From Octopus vulgaris (taxonomy: Eukaryota), in assembly GCA_951406725.2 (NCBI GenBank), contig OX597832.1:40548001-40612000 (forward strand): DNA of 64,000 nucleotides, in the 5' to 3' direction. This document shows, in pieces, positions 1-14,600 of this stretch. Below the pieces are notes generated by a model. That model saw only the letters and a list, made by a program, of their open reading frames with translations. It was not told the origin of the DNA and searched no databases. The position numbers were made by a program, and so were the translations under genes. How positions within the stretch are numbered: the stretch's first letter is position 1; each line of letters begins with the position of its first letter.

Positions 1-2531
1 ATGTAACAAGATCTATGACGAGTGTCCAGCCCAGCCATGACCATCCAATAATTTTTATGTAGCATTATCAATATCACTATTTTCCTTGAATTTGCTAATC
101 AATAGACGGATTAGAGGCACCATTTGCTTATGAAGGTCATTAAAAATTAAATGTTTGTTCACCCCACCTATAGATGGTCGCATTTGGATTTACACAACAG
201 TAACCCAGTCCATTACACAAGCTCGCCGACACAAAGGATTTTCTTTTATCGGCAGGGGTGGGGTAGGTACACATTCATCAACTATAAAGATTGTTATATA
301 TCTATACATATACACACAAACCTTAGTAATTGTTTAGTACATAAGAACCGTTTCTCAAATTATTTCAAATACCATTTTCACATAAATGTAAACATATTTT
401 ACTTACTGTTGTAAATTCTAGATGCAGCAAAATTTACCAACACATCAGCTACATAAAAATCACAAAATATGTTACAAATGCCATCTATATTTAAGCTTCG
501 TAACACCTGTCAAAAACTCAAAGAGAACCTTTCTGCAAAAAGAAAAAGATTGAATCTTCAAATCTGACATTGGTAACATATCTCCTATGATGTGCATTAT
601 TTAGAATCACCATCACATAATCTGAAGAATGTTTTTTTAAAACAAAAAAAAGCCATTGATATCATTTCCAATATCCTTACAGGCGGTTAGTATGAACTAT
701 AGGGATATTCCTCATCCCAAATAAAAGCTTAGAATAACCCAGTCAAGATCTGAAAATTAAGTGAGGTGGATAGTTAAATTGACCCCAGTATGCAGCCGAT
801 ACCTTTTTTTGCTTTTAAATGACCTTTGGCGGAACACCATGAGGACTTAAAGTTTTAAAAAAATGCAAATAAACAAGTCAAAAAAATTAAATTACCCCTT
901 CTCTTTTTTTCTTTTATTGAATGAATTAGTCAAAACAGAATATAATCTTTTTATTTCAACAATGGACAAAACCAAGAGTATGAAACATTTCTGTATTCTC
1001 TTGTAATTCCATGATTCAGAGAATACAGACATACAACTGTTGTTTCCAAAATATCCATCAATCTGCAGCAAGGAGGAGTCAATAGAGTAATAAAGTCTGT
1101 CACCACTTAGGAGAGCAATAATAAGAGAATTGAAACCACAGCCATGTCTTTGGTCAATGTTAAAGAGGAAACACCAACAAAGCACATTTGAGGTTGGCTC
1201 AAAAATGCTAACTAGTTTTTCTTGCAGATCTGCAGAAACAAGCAGCATAAAACTTCAATGACAAAAATGGTGAAGAGACCTTAATACACAACCACTAAAA
1301 AAATGAGATGGTAAAACAGCTGCAGGAGAGGAATATATATCTTGGTTTAGTTTCCAAACTGCATCTGATAGGAACTGGAAAACAAAAAGCAATCCTTGCT
1401 GGCCTGCAATGCTGACTACTTAACCAAACTTAGGCTTTTTTTTTCTTTTTTTAATATCTATTTTAACTTAATAAATTTAAATTACAAGGGAGAAAAAAAA
1501 AAAAACCTTTTGACTGAATAAAAATGTACAATATAGAACTGAAGGAGAAATTTTTTAAAAAACTATTTTAATACCACATGAACAACCAGCCAGCTTGTTA
1601 AGGTAAAAACTACCGTATGATCTAAAATATAGCTGGACATATTCATCATCCTCATCACCCCCATTTGTCATCATTATCATCATCATCCCTGCTGACAAAA
1701 AAAAAAACAACAAAAAAACTTGAACCTCACATTTTGTATATACTATATAGTAGCAGTAAAATATTAGTTAGAGATGCTATGAAGGATGGAAAACAGAAAA
1801 TAGAGAAACATTTCATTTTCAGATTATTTCCATCATCCTCATTCTGGAAGATCCATTTTTAAAATCAAGCATAAAAATAACATTTAGTTCATATGCAGAA
1901 AAGAACAACATTTGAAACAGTAAACATTTAATAATATAACTAAACTTCTTAATGACTGCTTGATCAATTATGGAATGTTACCGGAACGCAAGAGTGGAGA
2001 ATTAACTGTTAGGACAGCCATTTAAAATAAGACCCATTTTTATTAATTCATTTTCCATTCCTTTCACTTTTTCTTTATACATAAAGGATTAAGTAACTTA
2101 AACTTAGTAAATATAGTAAAGATTTTTCACCAAAAACACATTTTTTTTTTCTTTTAAATAACAATGACTAGTCAGAACAGGACAAATGAATTTTGATATG
2201 GTTTGTGTTATAAAGTATTATATACAATACCTATGAACTTAACAGCTATGTATAATTAAGAAAGAAAAAAAAAAGTCATATATATATATGTATATCTACA
2301 TATATATATATGCCCATACACAATGAGAAATTTATTATAGTTTTACTATGCTAACAAAAAACATAGAACAAGTCAGTAAGACAACCAAGGGATTTTTTTT
2401 TCTTTTTCTTTTAATCTTTTTTTCTTTCTTTTCTTTGGAAGAGAATTTCTTTGGAAAAGCTGTAGGAAGTTCATGATCTGCAGAGACAATGATTGTCTTC
2501 CAAGATTAAACAGGGTTGCTCCAAAATAAAT

Positions 2532-2676
2532 TTAGATGAGGTCAGCAACATTCATAGGCATTTCAGCAACTGCAGTGTTATAAAAATGTTCGATGTCTCG
2601 AAGAGTCCGAATATCGTCCTCAGTTACGAAGTTGATAGCAACTCCTTTACGACCAAATCGACCACCCCTGCCAATA
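2532..2676 (-). CDS. eIF4A: eIF4A-A exon 10 ([11 protein letters not shown]...NVADLI*)
   Basis: 145 nt; TTTTCAG acceptor; TAA at 2532-2534. Confidence 0.95.
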
Positions 2677-5600
2677 CTGAAAAGACATTGGGGAGAAAAA
2701 AAAACAAGTTTTTACTAACCACCGATTTAATAACAATTAAGTGATAAGCACATGCATTGTCTATGAAACTTAAAAAACTTTAATTACTATTTTTAATTTT
2801 GTGTTGATGCAAACTTATTTTGAATGAGCAATTTAAAGTGGAGCACTACAACGGATAGAGATAGAATTTTGGAAGCAAGAACCTACAGCTTCAAAAGCAT
2901 GTATTTAGCAATAAAAAAACAGAAAAGCATCATAAAAATAAACAAAATTGATAATGAAATAATGAAACCCCACTCACCGATGGATATAATTTTCTCTATT
3001 CGAAGGTAAATCATAATTGATAACCAGAGATACTTGTTGCACATCTATTCCACGAGCTAATAAATCTGTGGTAATAAGAACACGGCTGGAACCTGTACGG
3101 AACTCCTTCATAATGATGTCTCTCTCCTTTTGCTCCATATCGCCATGCTGGAAAGATATAAATTCTTTGTTCAGAATAGCCAATGATTCAAGAAATCAAC
3201 CAGTTTAGATAAATTAAAGGAGAAAATCAAGGATACCCAGGTCGCATTTAATGAAATTTAGGCAAAAAAAAAAAAAAAAAAAAATCGCAAACACCAGAGA
3301 GACCAGACAATAGAATGGGATGGAGAAAGTGTGCCACTGATAAGGTTGCAATCAAGTGTAAATGAGAACACAAGAATGTGGTCTCTGGGTGGGCTAAAAA
3401 AATTCATAGGCTCACTATGAAGGAGTGGATGCTATGCATTAATTTCAACTCTTCTTAACTGCACCGTTTCTTTCCTGGGAATCTGACAGCTGACCGTTCA
3501 ATTAACACTTTTCAAAAGTAATTAGTAACTTCTCTTGTGACACATCTGACACCCAATGAAAAGCACACCAAGCTGATCACATCACAGGGAAACCCGACAT
3601 TATTTGAGGCAGATCCTGCTGGTTTCTTTGAGCAACTCCAAACCTATGAGTTGGCTTCATCACTTTAAGCCAAAGACAAAGAGACAATCCATGCAAGGAG
3701 TCTGCAGTCGTTTCATCTGCAGGGACGGTGATAGTTTAAGTTTTAGGAGATGCTAAAGATATTGTTCATTAGCTATTTTCAAAAGGGCCACACCATCAAA
3801 GGAGAGTATCATGCCATAACTGCAGAGGCAGTTATGAAAGGATATCAAGACCAAATGCCCAGAAAAACTGACAAAAGGGGTCTTGATTCACCAGGACAAT
3901 GCACACAAGTCCTTGACTTTAATGGCTGCTGTGTGTGACTATGGCTTTGAAGTTGATAATCACCCTCCTGAAGATGGCATCACATCTGCTGTTGATGACT
4001 TTTTTTTTTTGCCTAACAGGATGAAAGCTTCAACAATGGGATTCAAGCACTGCAACACAGAAGTATGCAGACCACGATGACAACTATGTTGAAAAAATAA
4101 ACCTCAATTGGTCGTATTCTGTGAGATTATCTTGATCAGCGTGTAACCTTTTTCGATCAACCCTCACATTATATCAATCAGCTAACACCAATCAATCCAC
4201 CTCCAAATCATAGCCTACCCCACCTTAAAAAAAAATTTTTTTTTAATCTGAATCACTACCATCATCATTGGATTGCTCAGTCCACTGCAGGATGAGGGCT
4301 TCAGTATGCTCTCTATACCAACCATGGTCTGATGTGGAGGCCATGAATTTGAACTTGAGTCGTACTTATTTGATGAGCCTACTCTGTCACACTGGCTCGT
4401 GGTTTGGTAGGGGGATGCAGTTTTTATACTCCTACCCAAAGAGTAGTTAAGTCAACATCACTGAATTCAGTGTTCAAATGGTACTTATTTTATCAAGCCT
4501 AAAAGGTGAAGTCAACCTCAGTAGAATTTGAACTCAGAAAGCAAGGACAGATGAGATACCACTCAGCATGCTAACAATTCTGCCAACTTGCTGCCTACCA
4601 TCACCATGCTTTGAAAAGTATATCATATTAACATCTGTTAGTACAATAATGAAAGAATTATACACATACACACACAAAACTACATCTGAATAACGATAGC
4701 ACCCTCAAAAGCCTCAGAGAATGAAAGGTTCCAAGACACTAAAATATTTTCAATGCAATTAGCAGTCATCAGAGGAAACCACACTTTTCTTCCCCACAGA
4801 AATCTATAAAATCTATTACATACCATAGCAGAGACAGTGAAATCTCTTTCCAACATTTTGGTAGTCAACCAGTCAACCTTTCTGCGTGTGTTACAGAATA
4901 TGACAGCCTGGGTGATGGTCAGGGTCTCATACAGATCTGATAAAGTATCCAACTTCCACACCTAGAGAAAGAAAACAACAAACATAGTATTATTTATATC
5001 ACCAGCAACATCAAAATAACTACACTCGATTTAAATTCTATAAAGACAACTTCAACTTCTATCCCAGCAATATTCCATATGAATGCATGGCTCTAATACA
5101 GAAGAGTTCAAATCATTGAACAGGATTACCCAAGTACCTGCCATTCACGACCAACATTTTAAATCAATCAAAATTTAATATATATTCCAAGCACCAGCTT
5201 AATAAGGACAAAGTAATTTTAATTAAATTCTTAATTTCCAAAATAACTGAAATAAAAGCAGTGTTTTTTCAAAAAAATAAAATTAAAATAATGGTAACAA
5301 AATAGCCCATCAGCTTTATGTTTCTCCAATGAAAACAGTCATTTTGATCAATTTAGTAAACCACTTACTTCACGTTCTACTTGAATGTAAAATTGTTTGA
5401 TGCCTTCAAGAGTAAGTTCCTCCTTTTTCACAAGAATTTTTACAGGATCTCTCATAAATTGTTTTGTGACATCTAAGACATCTTTAGGCATGGTGGCTGA
5501 TAACAAAAGTACCTGAAGAAAAGCAGAACAAAAGACAATTCAAAGATTGTCAACATTTGACGAGATTTCATCCCTAACTCAAAATTTTTTCTACATTTAA

Positions 5601-8600
5601 TTTTGGGGCAAATGAGCAATTTGCAAAATACAGGTAAGAACATCAGAGAATGTCTCACTGTATTTGCACTGACACTTGGTACTTAAAGTCCAAATTCAAA
5701 AAGTCAACTTCGTCTTTACTGCTGCTTGGCTTTTATCAACCTTTTAGCATTCACATTACTTTGTCAAATATAATAGTTATTTATTCACATTTTATAAAAT
5801 TAATCCAGTATTAACTTGTAGCTTTGAGATTTCAAAAGATGCAGTTGTTTATTTCTAGAATGATGGCAGGGTAGATGTGAGAGACTGGAACTGGCCAGTT
5901 TGAACATAAAAGCAGAATATTTGGGCTGAATATGGCCGGTTTAAATGCTCAAGGGTCCAGTCCACTTGGTTGCAAGCATTTGGATCTGGTATCCAGTTTG
6001 AGGGCAACCCTTCCTTCCTTCCCACTAGTCTCAGAAACTGTAGAGAGTCACGGACACTGTCTTCTCTCCTGATGGAAAAAGGTTTTCTTTGTATAGAGTA
6101 CAAGTGAACTCTTCATATCAATTCAAGAAAGGCATATCCAAATAATGAACTGCATTTCAGAATATATTCTACCACTACTACTGCAGGCATGGACTGCACT
6201 CAAATTCCACGCTATTCAAATTAGTTTTGCTGGTGGAGTCTCACCACCGTAAATTGGATTATCAGTGAGCAACAAGGAAACCTAATGAAAAATCTGCTTA
6301 AGAAAACAGCATGCTTACACTGACCCCTATGAGAACATTTAAAGAAAAAAAGTATATGTGTGCATGTAAATAAAGAGTTTATCATTTCATAGAACCTGAG
6401 TTTCAACTGAAATTTTCAAGCATGAAATGTGGAGAAGTAACAAAGGATACTTTAGCTTCAAATAAATGAATACTCTGTATCCATACAATCAGACAAATCA
6501 AGAATGGCTTTTCATGCTCTTCTTTTGAGTGTCAGGCCTCACGGAGGTAAGGAGGCTGAGTTCCTTTTGAGCATTGGGCCTCATTGAGGCAATGACCAAG
6601 AACTTTGGCATTATGTTATGCTTGAGAAGACCCATCAAGCTGAGCAAAATCAGTTGTGGCAGATACTGTTGTCATGCAAATCAAAACTCATGACGGTGGC
6701 ACATAAACACATCCCGTGTCACACAAATGGCACATAAAAGCAACCATTACTCTCGGGTGGTTAGCATTGGGAAGGGCATCCAGCCATAGAAACCATGCCA
6801 AATCAGACTGGAGTTTGGTGCAGCCTTCCAGTGTGCCAGCCCAATCAAACCCATGCCAGCTTGGACAACAGAGCTATCAATTAATGACCCCACCAGGAGC
6901 ATAGAATGTAACCTGTTAATCTACAAACAACACTTACTACAAAGTAACGACTCTGTCCAGGCCAAACTGTTCTGACCAACACATTTAACACTTAAGGAAT
7001 TCATTAACTCTTTAGATTTTAACCCAGCCAAATCTGGCCAAAATATCCTACTTTGGCCTCTCACAGCTACCTGATAATTTGACAAACTAATTAGAACGCT
7101 CAAGTGTTAATGTTTAACCCTCCGATTCCCTTAAGGAGAATTCCATTTATCCCGCTGACAAAGTTTTTAAGTTCTTTTTTTTTTTCCTTTTTACCTTGCA
7201 TTAGGTAAAGGATGTCCTAAAATTACCACCACTAATGAATTTTAGCAATACCAGCCCTTAAATTGATTTGTTTCAATAACTTCAAGACTTAAATTACTTT
7301 TACTTCTACTTCAAACCCCAATAGGTAAATCCATGAAGGTTTTATATGATCATTCAATCCACTAGCTCAGGGATTCTCAATGTTTTGCCTGTGGACCCCA
7401 CTGATTCCTATTTTACCCTACTAAACCCCCATGTTAAAAAAACATACTTTTATAATTAAATACTACTAGGAATTGTCTATGAAAAATTAAAATATTCTGC
7501 ATATTGTAAAAATATAACCCATTTATTTATCAAACTTTAACAAAATCTTAAATGGACTCTAGTTAAAAACCACTGCACTAGGTAGAAATAGCACCTAAGT
7601 TCTCCCTCAAACTATATCGTCTACTTTACATAAAGGAAGATAAGCAAAGAGAAAGCAATGACTGGTTAGAAGTTTGCTGGTCTAGGGCTAAATAACATGC
7701 AACAGTTGTCATATTCACCGAAATCACACGACAAAACTTCAAAGGGTGATATTACCTGAATGTTCTCAGGCATACAGCGGAACACACTATAGATTTGATC
7801 TTTAAAACCACGAGACAACATCTCATCAGCTTCATCCAATACAAATAACTTGATTTTATCAGTTTCTGAAATAAAAGAATTTTAAAATAGTTTTTAATTT
7901 ACAAAATTGCTAAGACAAATAATAGTCTTTCTGCCTCTCACTGCTACCACCAACTCAGTTATAAAAGCCCTACAAACAAACAAGTTAAAATTGGTACAAT
8001 TCCATTATTGCCTAAGCTACTGACCACATGTGAAATACATTCATAAATATAAATTTTTCAACAGCTTTATCAAATGAAAGCCAATGGTTTAAGTTTACTG
8101 ACCAGACAAAGAAACCAGATTGTGGTCAAATCACAAGACAAAACTGAATTCTGCAATTCAGTCGACATTACATATAAAATAAAATAAATTACAGAAGATG
8201 AAATTAAATAAAATAAGGAAATAGTAGTACCCAAGATATACAACCATTCAGTGAGCTGTATATGGCAAAAAGAAACATATCTCACCAACAATTCCTTTGA
8301 AGGAAAATATTAAAATCAGTGCTTGTAACCACAAAATGCTATTCGTCACAACACTGCAGCTCACACAAATGCTGTTGAGTTCCAGATGGATATTTGTCAT
8401 TTTTATGATAGCCTCCACATTCACTAACATCAGGTGAGAGGAAGGGGACCCAAAATCCATGACAAATTGCATGGTTCAGATGAAATTCTCTGAGGTAGGA
8501 TTTTTACAGATGGCAGCTCTTCTTGCTGCTAAACTGCATCTGGCTTCAAGGTAACATTTCTCCAGGTCTTTCAAACATGAACAGCACAATGGCTAAGCAT

Positions 8601-11600
8601 GACTTCATGGAAGATTACAAATGAACACCACTACTTATATTGATGATGATGATGTTCGTTTAATAACTAGCATGTGTGTCAAGATGAAGACACAAGCATG
8701 CAGACATAGAACAGTCTTTCAGTTTCTGTCTAGCAAGACTTTCATTACCCCAGGACTATAGTTAAAAAAAACCCAAAAAACCCTCCTCCAAGTTGCCAGA
8801 AAGGAATCGAACCTGAAATCACATGGTTACAAAATGAACTTCTTAATCATGCAGCTCTACATGTGCCCATTTTAATACACTATTACAAAACATGGGATTT
8901 TTACCCATTAACTTAGTCCAGTGGGAAAGCATAAAATGATGAGCATGTAATAAAGCCTTGCTTCTTCCTAGTTTTTTTAAGCAGCTACATTACAGAACCT
9001 GTTTGCCTGCTGAAGGCCTCCAAATCATCAAGTATGAAGTGTATTCTTTGTAGCTAAAAGATTATCTTGTAGTTGGATTTTAGAAGATACTAGTTCCACA
9101 TCCTGGCAGAATACCCAGCCCATCTCATCTAAGGTAGTTCTTTCTGTTTAGCTTTACAGTCACTTCTATGATTTGGTCCCTCAAATGTCTAGTTATTTCT
9201 TAGGCATCTCTTCTGCCTTTATAACAGTGCAGGAGTATGCCACTACAACAATTAAGACAGTACCCCTGGGCACGGTTTAAGAACAGTGGTATTGATTGCT
9301 CTTAATATTTCACCTTTGTTATCAAAATGACTGACAGTCGATCCATTACTTTATATCAAGAGCAGATGAAACAACACAACATACTTACTTAAAAAGTTCC
9401 GAGTAATCATGTCTTGAACACGGCCGGGTGTTCCTACAATTATATGCACACCTTGGTTGAGACGTATCTTGTCATCACGGACATCTGTACCTCCTATACA
9501 AGCATGACATTGTGCTTCCATATAGTCTCCTAGAGCAAGTACAACTTTACGAATCTGAAATTATGAAAAAATACCACAAGTAAAATCTTCTGGAAATATT
9601 TTTGTAAGATGGTGTTACATTTAGCTGTAAAATAACAGACACTTGCTTGTCTAATAAGGATGAAATTCTTAGTGCAGTAATTGGTATTAGCTCTACATCC
9701 CGGCAGAAAACTCAACCCATCTCGTCTAAAGTAGTTCTCTCTGTTTAGCCATTTCCATGATTTGGTCCCTCAAATGTCTAGTTATTTCTAAGGCATCTCT
9801 TGTTTTTATAACAGTGCACAAGGATGCCACTACAACAATCATTGAACCAATACTCACGTCCTGCCTTACTGGGCTTGGTTAAAGAACAGTGGTATCGATT
9901 CCTCTTAGTATTTTACCTTGGTTATCAAAAAGACATCGGAGAACAGAAAAACAGAGTAAGCAGCTCTAATATGATATATTTGTAGAAGAGTCAGTGAACA
10001 CAGACCAGGAGAATAGTACAATTAACAGAGTGCCTGAAATGTTAGTTTGGCAACAAAATGTAAGGAAGGAACCACTCAAGTGGCAAATAATTCCCACCCA
10101 AGTGCTTTTTCATGTTGGGGAACAGATGATAGACAGACGGAGCAAATCAGGAGAATGGGGGGAGGAGAGACGGGAAATCAACCAGTTCAAAGCCACAGTC
10201 ACACACACAGCAGCCATTGAAACCAAAGTACTTGTGCACTGGAGGATTGTCCTGATGAAATAAGACCCCCTTTTGTCAGTTTTCCTGGGTGTTCAGTATC
10301 GATAGCCTTTCATAACTGCCACAGCAAGTTGGCAAAAGGTAAAGTGAGTGATAGGTAATAAGTAAATCAAAGAACACAGATTTCTCAAGTGTACAAACAA
10401 TCCTTCTACCATCAATTAGATTGAGTGTGAAAGTGATGTCAGCAGAGGAAGAGCAGTAAACCTGATGCTGAACTCTGTAGATAAAGTTACATCAAACAAG
10501 CAACCGATACTAAATCTACTCACACTTCTTAATTAGTGATGGAAATTACTCTTAATCAGAAGCATTCCATTTACATAGCAGCATCAATGCAAAGACATTG
10601 CTGTAGAAAGTGCATGCAAAATTACAGCATCACTCTTGACTTCACTGGCATTAAGAGAGACATGGAAATTATATTAGATGCAGTTGTGAAAGAGAATATC
10701 TGGGGAAGGGAGATTAGACGACAGTGAACTGAGCAGAGGGAGTAACAATTGAGGCTGACTTATGCAATAGAAAAGGCCAATGAAGAGCAGCTGGACCATC
10801 AGTGAACAGTAGTTCCTGGTCTGAAAACATCAGGCTAGATAAGATGTACTGATTTGTTGCAGGGAAGTATTGCCCCAATGACTAGAGTGGCAGCATTCTT
10901 TTGCACTGTTACAAAGGAGATACAGAAGGAACTAAAGGCATTCATTAAATGCAAAGAATTATGAAAGTGGCACAGTTGCAGAAAAGCTAAACAGAGAATT
11001 GGCTTAAATGAATGAACTGGGTTTGGGTTTCTGCCAGGATGTGGAACCACTGACACCACAAGGAAAGATTTTAGCTAAAAGCGATTATACCTTATACTCA
11101 ATAAGTTTTTGGCATCCTCACCTAACAGAGTAAACCACAAGAAAAGGTTTTAGCTAAAAACCATTATACCTGATACTCAATGTTATTGATAAGCAAACTC
11201 TGCAATACGGTGGTTAGCTATAGGTAGAGGAATGGCTTCTTATGACACATTCAAGCTGTGTACTGGTTATCTGTCAGTAAAGCAAATTACTCACAACCCA
11301 AGTGAGGGACTTTCCCTCTTCAGTGTTGGGGGGTGGGGTACTGAGCAAAGAATTCTTGATAAGCTCAACTATGCAATTAGGACAAGACTTCAATTTTCAC
11401 TCCATTTAAAGTCTGTTTTGCAAGCTGGCAGCTGGAGGGCTGCTCAGGCGCCAATTACCTGTTTTAGCATGGTTTTTACAGCTGGACGCCCTTCCTAATG
11501 CCAACCACTCTACAGAATGTACTGGGTGCTTTTGACATGGCACTGGTATGTATTATAGACCACTCTGAAGTGTAACAGAGGAGTATAAGACTAGGCATCC

Positions 11601-14600
11601 ACAAGAATTCTTACACTAGCAATTAAAAAAGACTCAATTATGGAAGCAGAGTCAAGAACTAAAAACTGCAGCTCAGTTTAGCGCTTATGGAAACTAACAG
11701 GCAGAAACCAGCTAGAACGTTAACCCTTTTGATACCAACCCGGCTGAAACTGCCTCTGTAGTACATCTTTTTACATAAGTTTTGAATTAAAATCTTCCAC
11801 CAAACCTTAGTCACAATTTATGTTCCTAACACCAGCTTAATGATAACTAAGTTAAATGAAAGAAACACAGAGCATCTCAAACTAAATACAGTAACAAAAG
11901 GGTTAAGAGCAGTGAAGAAGCCTTGCTCAAAATACAGAAAGGGAGTAAGTAAAACTTTATAACACCAGTGCAAAAAAATTGGCTTAAATGATGCAATGGG
12001 ATTTCAGATAAACTGACAAAGAAGCCCTTCATATGTAATAGATTGAAAGCAAAAGATTTCTCCCTTCAAAAAGAGGGTAGGCTATATGATGCTCATGCAC
12101 AAAGTGTGATGTTGGCTATTAGCAACATGGGACAAGCACAATAATATGTGTGTAAAGGTGTCTCTTGACAAACAAGGATGCTTAGAAAGACAAAAAAACT
12201 AATGAGAGTTATTTACTGTTGGGTGCCAGAAACAGGATTGGTATGTGAATGTGATGTGATTGGAAAAATAGTTTGAAATGATGCAAAGAGGAATCTAAAG
12301 AGGAAGAAGGTTTGAAGACATAAGCAGAAGTGATGAAAGCTGGCCAAAAGATGCTGAATTTTGCAAAGGAGACAATGAAGGACCACATGTGGAGAAAGAG
12401 TGTGCTGATAATAAATTATGCAATCCATGTCAGCATGTGAAAGCAGACATAGAAATGATGCTCCTTTGCCGAGACATAACAATGCAGTGCATAATCTCAA
12501 TATTAAATGTACTGAATACACTTCAATTTTGAGAATCAAGCCAGCTTGTTAGAAAACAAAGATCAACACTCCAAACATGATACTATAAAAATGGATAGAT
12601 TTAATTTAATTGGACTTCACAAAGAGATATATGGCACAATATGCTTAAAGTTCAGGTGTTGGACATCAGTTCCAATATTACTACACCCATTGTATCATGT
12701 CCCTGGACAAAGCAACTGTACTTAGTTCAAGGTGTCTGTAGCTTATTCTATGGGTAAATAAGGCCAACATCCATAAGTAAAAAAACATCTCTAAGTAAAT
12801 ATCCAAATTTTATCTAGTAAAAAGTAAATATAGTTTCTTTAATATACAAAGAAAAGAACTCTACCTGCTGAGCCAATTCTCTTGTTGGGGCGAGCACAAG
12901 GGCTTGACATTCTTTCGTACAAATATCAAGTTTCTGCAGAAGTGCAATAGAAAAGGTTGCTGTTTTGCCAGTACCTGATTGGGCCTGTGCAATTACATCT
13001 AGTCCTGAGGTAGAGAGGAATACAAACACAATATATAATTAATCAACACAATCACTGGACACGTATACAAATTTTAACTAATTGTCATAACTGAGTAAGA
13101 AATAATTAATCAGTAAATACTTTTATGTGGTAACAAGTTTAATTTTTGAATACATTGGGGGAAAAAAAATTTATTAAAAACAAATTCTATTTCAAATGGT
13201 GTAACATGTCTACATGCACATCATTTCATTGGACTCCATATTAACCCAAAAGTATTACATGAAACACATTCTTAATGTCTCAATTATCAGCTTCACTCAA
13301 TTTACAATTTAACCTTTTAGAAGTCAGATAACTCTGTTAAATGTAATATTTATTCAGTTTTAAATTAATCATGCATTATCTTGTAGCTCTGAGATTTTGA
13401 TGGGGTGTGTCTCTTTTTTAAAGGACATTCTAGGGTTGATACAATTGACCAGATCTGGCCAGTTTAAATGCTACAGGGTTACATAAAGTAGGATCATGTG
13501 GTCAGTTACAACTGACAGCATGATCCTGGTTCAAATTTTGCTAGTGTAATTTGTGTTCTCTTGAATTCACTCAAGACTGCCATGACAATTTTTCACAGGC
13601 ACCACTCACACTTCATAGTCGAGTGCTTAATGTTAGGAAGAAGGCATCATCTGGTTAAGAAAATAGCTACACCTGTTGATAGAACTACCCTGTCAGAAAT
13701 AGATGTCAAATAGAGACAGGTCATATTTTATTTTGAACAAAGGGACAGTACACACGACCACATTGATAGGCTTAAAATTGGGCCTATCACTAGTTAGCAC
13801 CTTTGATTCATAAATGAAGTTTTTGAGAAGGCTTTATCATTTCTAACCAGCCATTTCATTGAAAACACATCTAATGAGAAAAAATGTGTATCACCTTTCT
13901 ATATAACGGCAATCTACATCTTGAAGGGAAACGGCAGCTCACACACAAATGCATGTCTCTGCTCTATGACGATTCCTAAAGACAGTAACAGGTTTTAGGA
14001 TTTTGCTTTAACCATTTCATTTTTTAAATCAAATTACGAACAAGCAAACAACTGTGGTTAAGATCAAATTTCTATATTAGTTGATCAACACAGCTTATAT
14101 TAAAGTATTGAGCTAATAAAGCACACTTATGACTTAATCCTATTATAAGAGGATTAATACTGATATTAGCCCCCAACGGTTAAATTGATTATTATAAACC
14201 TAGTCCATCTATATTGACAGTTGAATCAATAGACTTCCTGTATATAAAGTTAAAATAGTTATACAACAGATGGCCTATGTGTAATAAACTAGGTAAGGTG
14301 ACACATTAAATTGCTATATATTCAAAACTATCTCAAAGTTGGGATGGCAATATATTAAATTTTTCAATAACTCAGACCAGTACCACAAACACAATTGAAA
14401 CTAGTGTTGTTGTCTGAGGCTTAAAAAGAAAGAAAAAAAGAAACTAAGTGTTCCTGTGTGAGAAACCAAATTTAGTCTCATTTTAGTACAATGTGCACTT
14501 TTTTTTAAATAGCTTTATCAAATGCATTTCTTGAGATTTTCCTTGACTTTTGAGCACCAGGGAAGACAATTCATCAAATAGTTAGAATTCATTAATATTT

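Larger units (their letters stand above)
9088..11047. mobile_element. Three decayed copies of one repeat, probably hAT transposase-derived: 9088-9331(-), 9685-9934(-), about 10855-11047(+)
   Basis: Mutually alignable (e.g. TTCTGCCAGGATGTGGAAC shared by copies 1 and 3); translate as FCQDVE, resembling hAT QDV.TRWNS; substitutions biased to one codon position. Confidence 0.45.

Noticed and set aside
892-1248. 118-aa minus-strand ORF downstream of A
   Set aside because: No recognisable homology; lies in AT-rich 3' UTR or flank.
2720-2760. Possible poison cassette exon in the last intron of A, by analogy with vertebrate EIF4A2
   Set aside because: It would leave a downstream intron of only about 43 nt, and paralog B has no counterpart.
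2493-3208. Plus-strand ORFs shared between the paralogs (also 36954-37488)
   Set aside because: Antisense shadows of conserved eIF4A exons 9-10.
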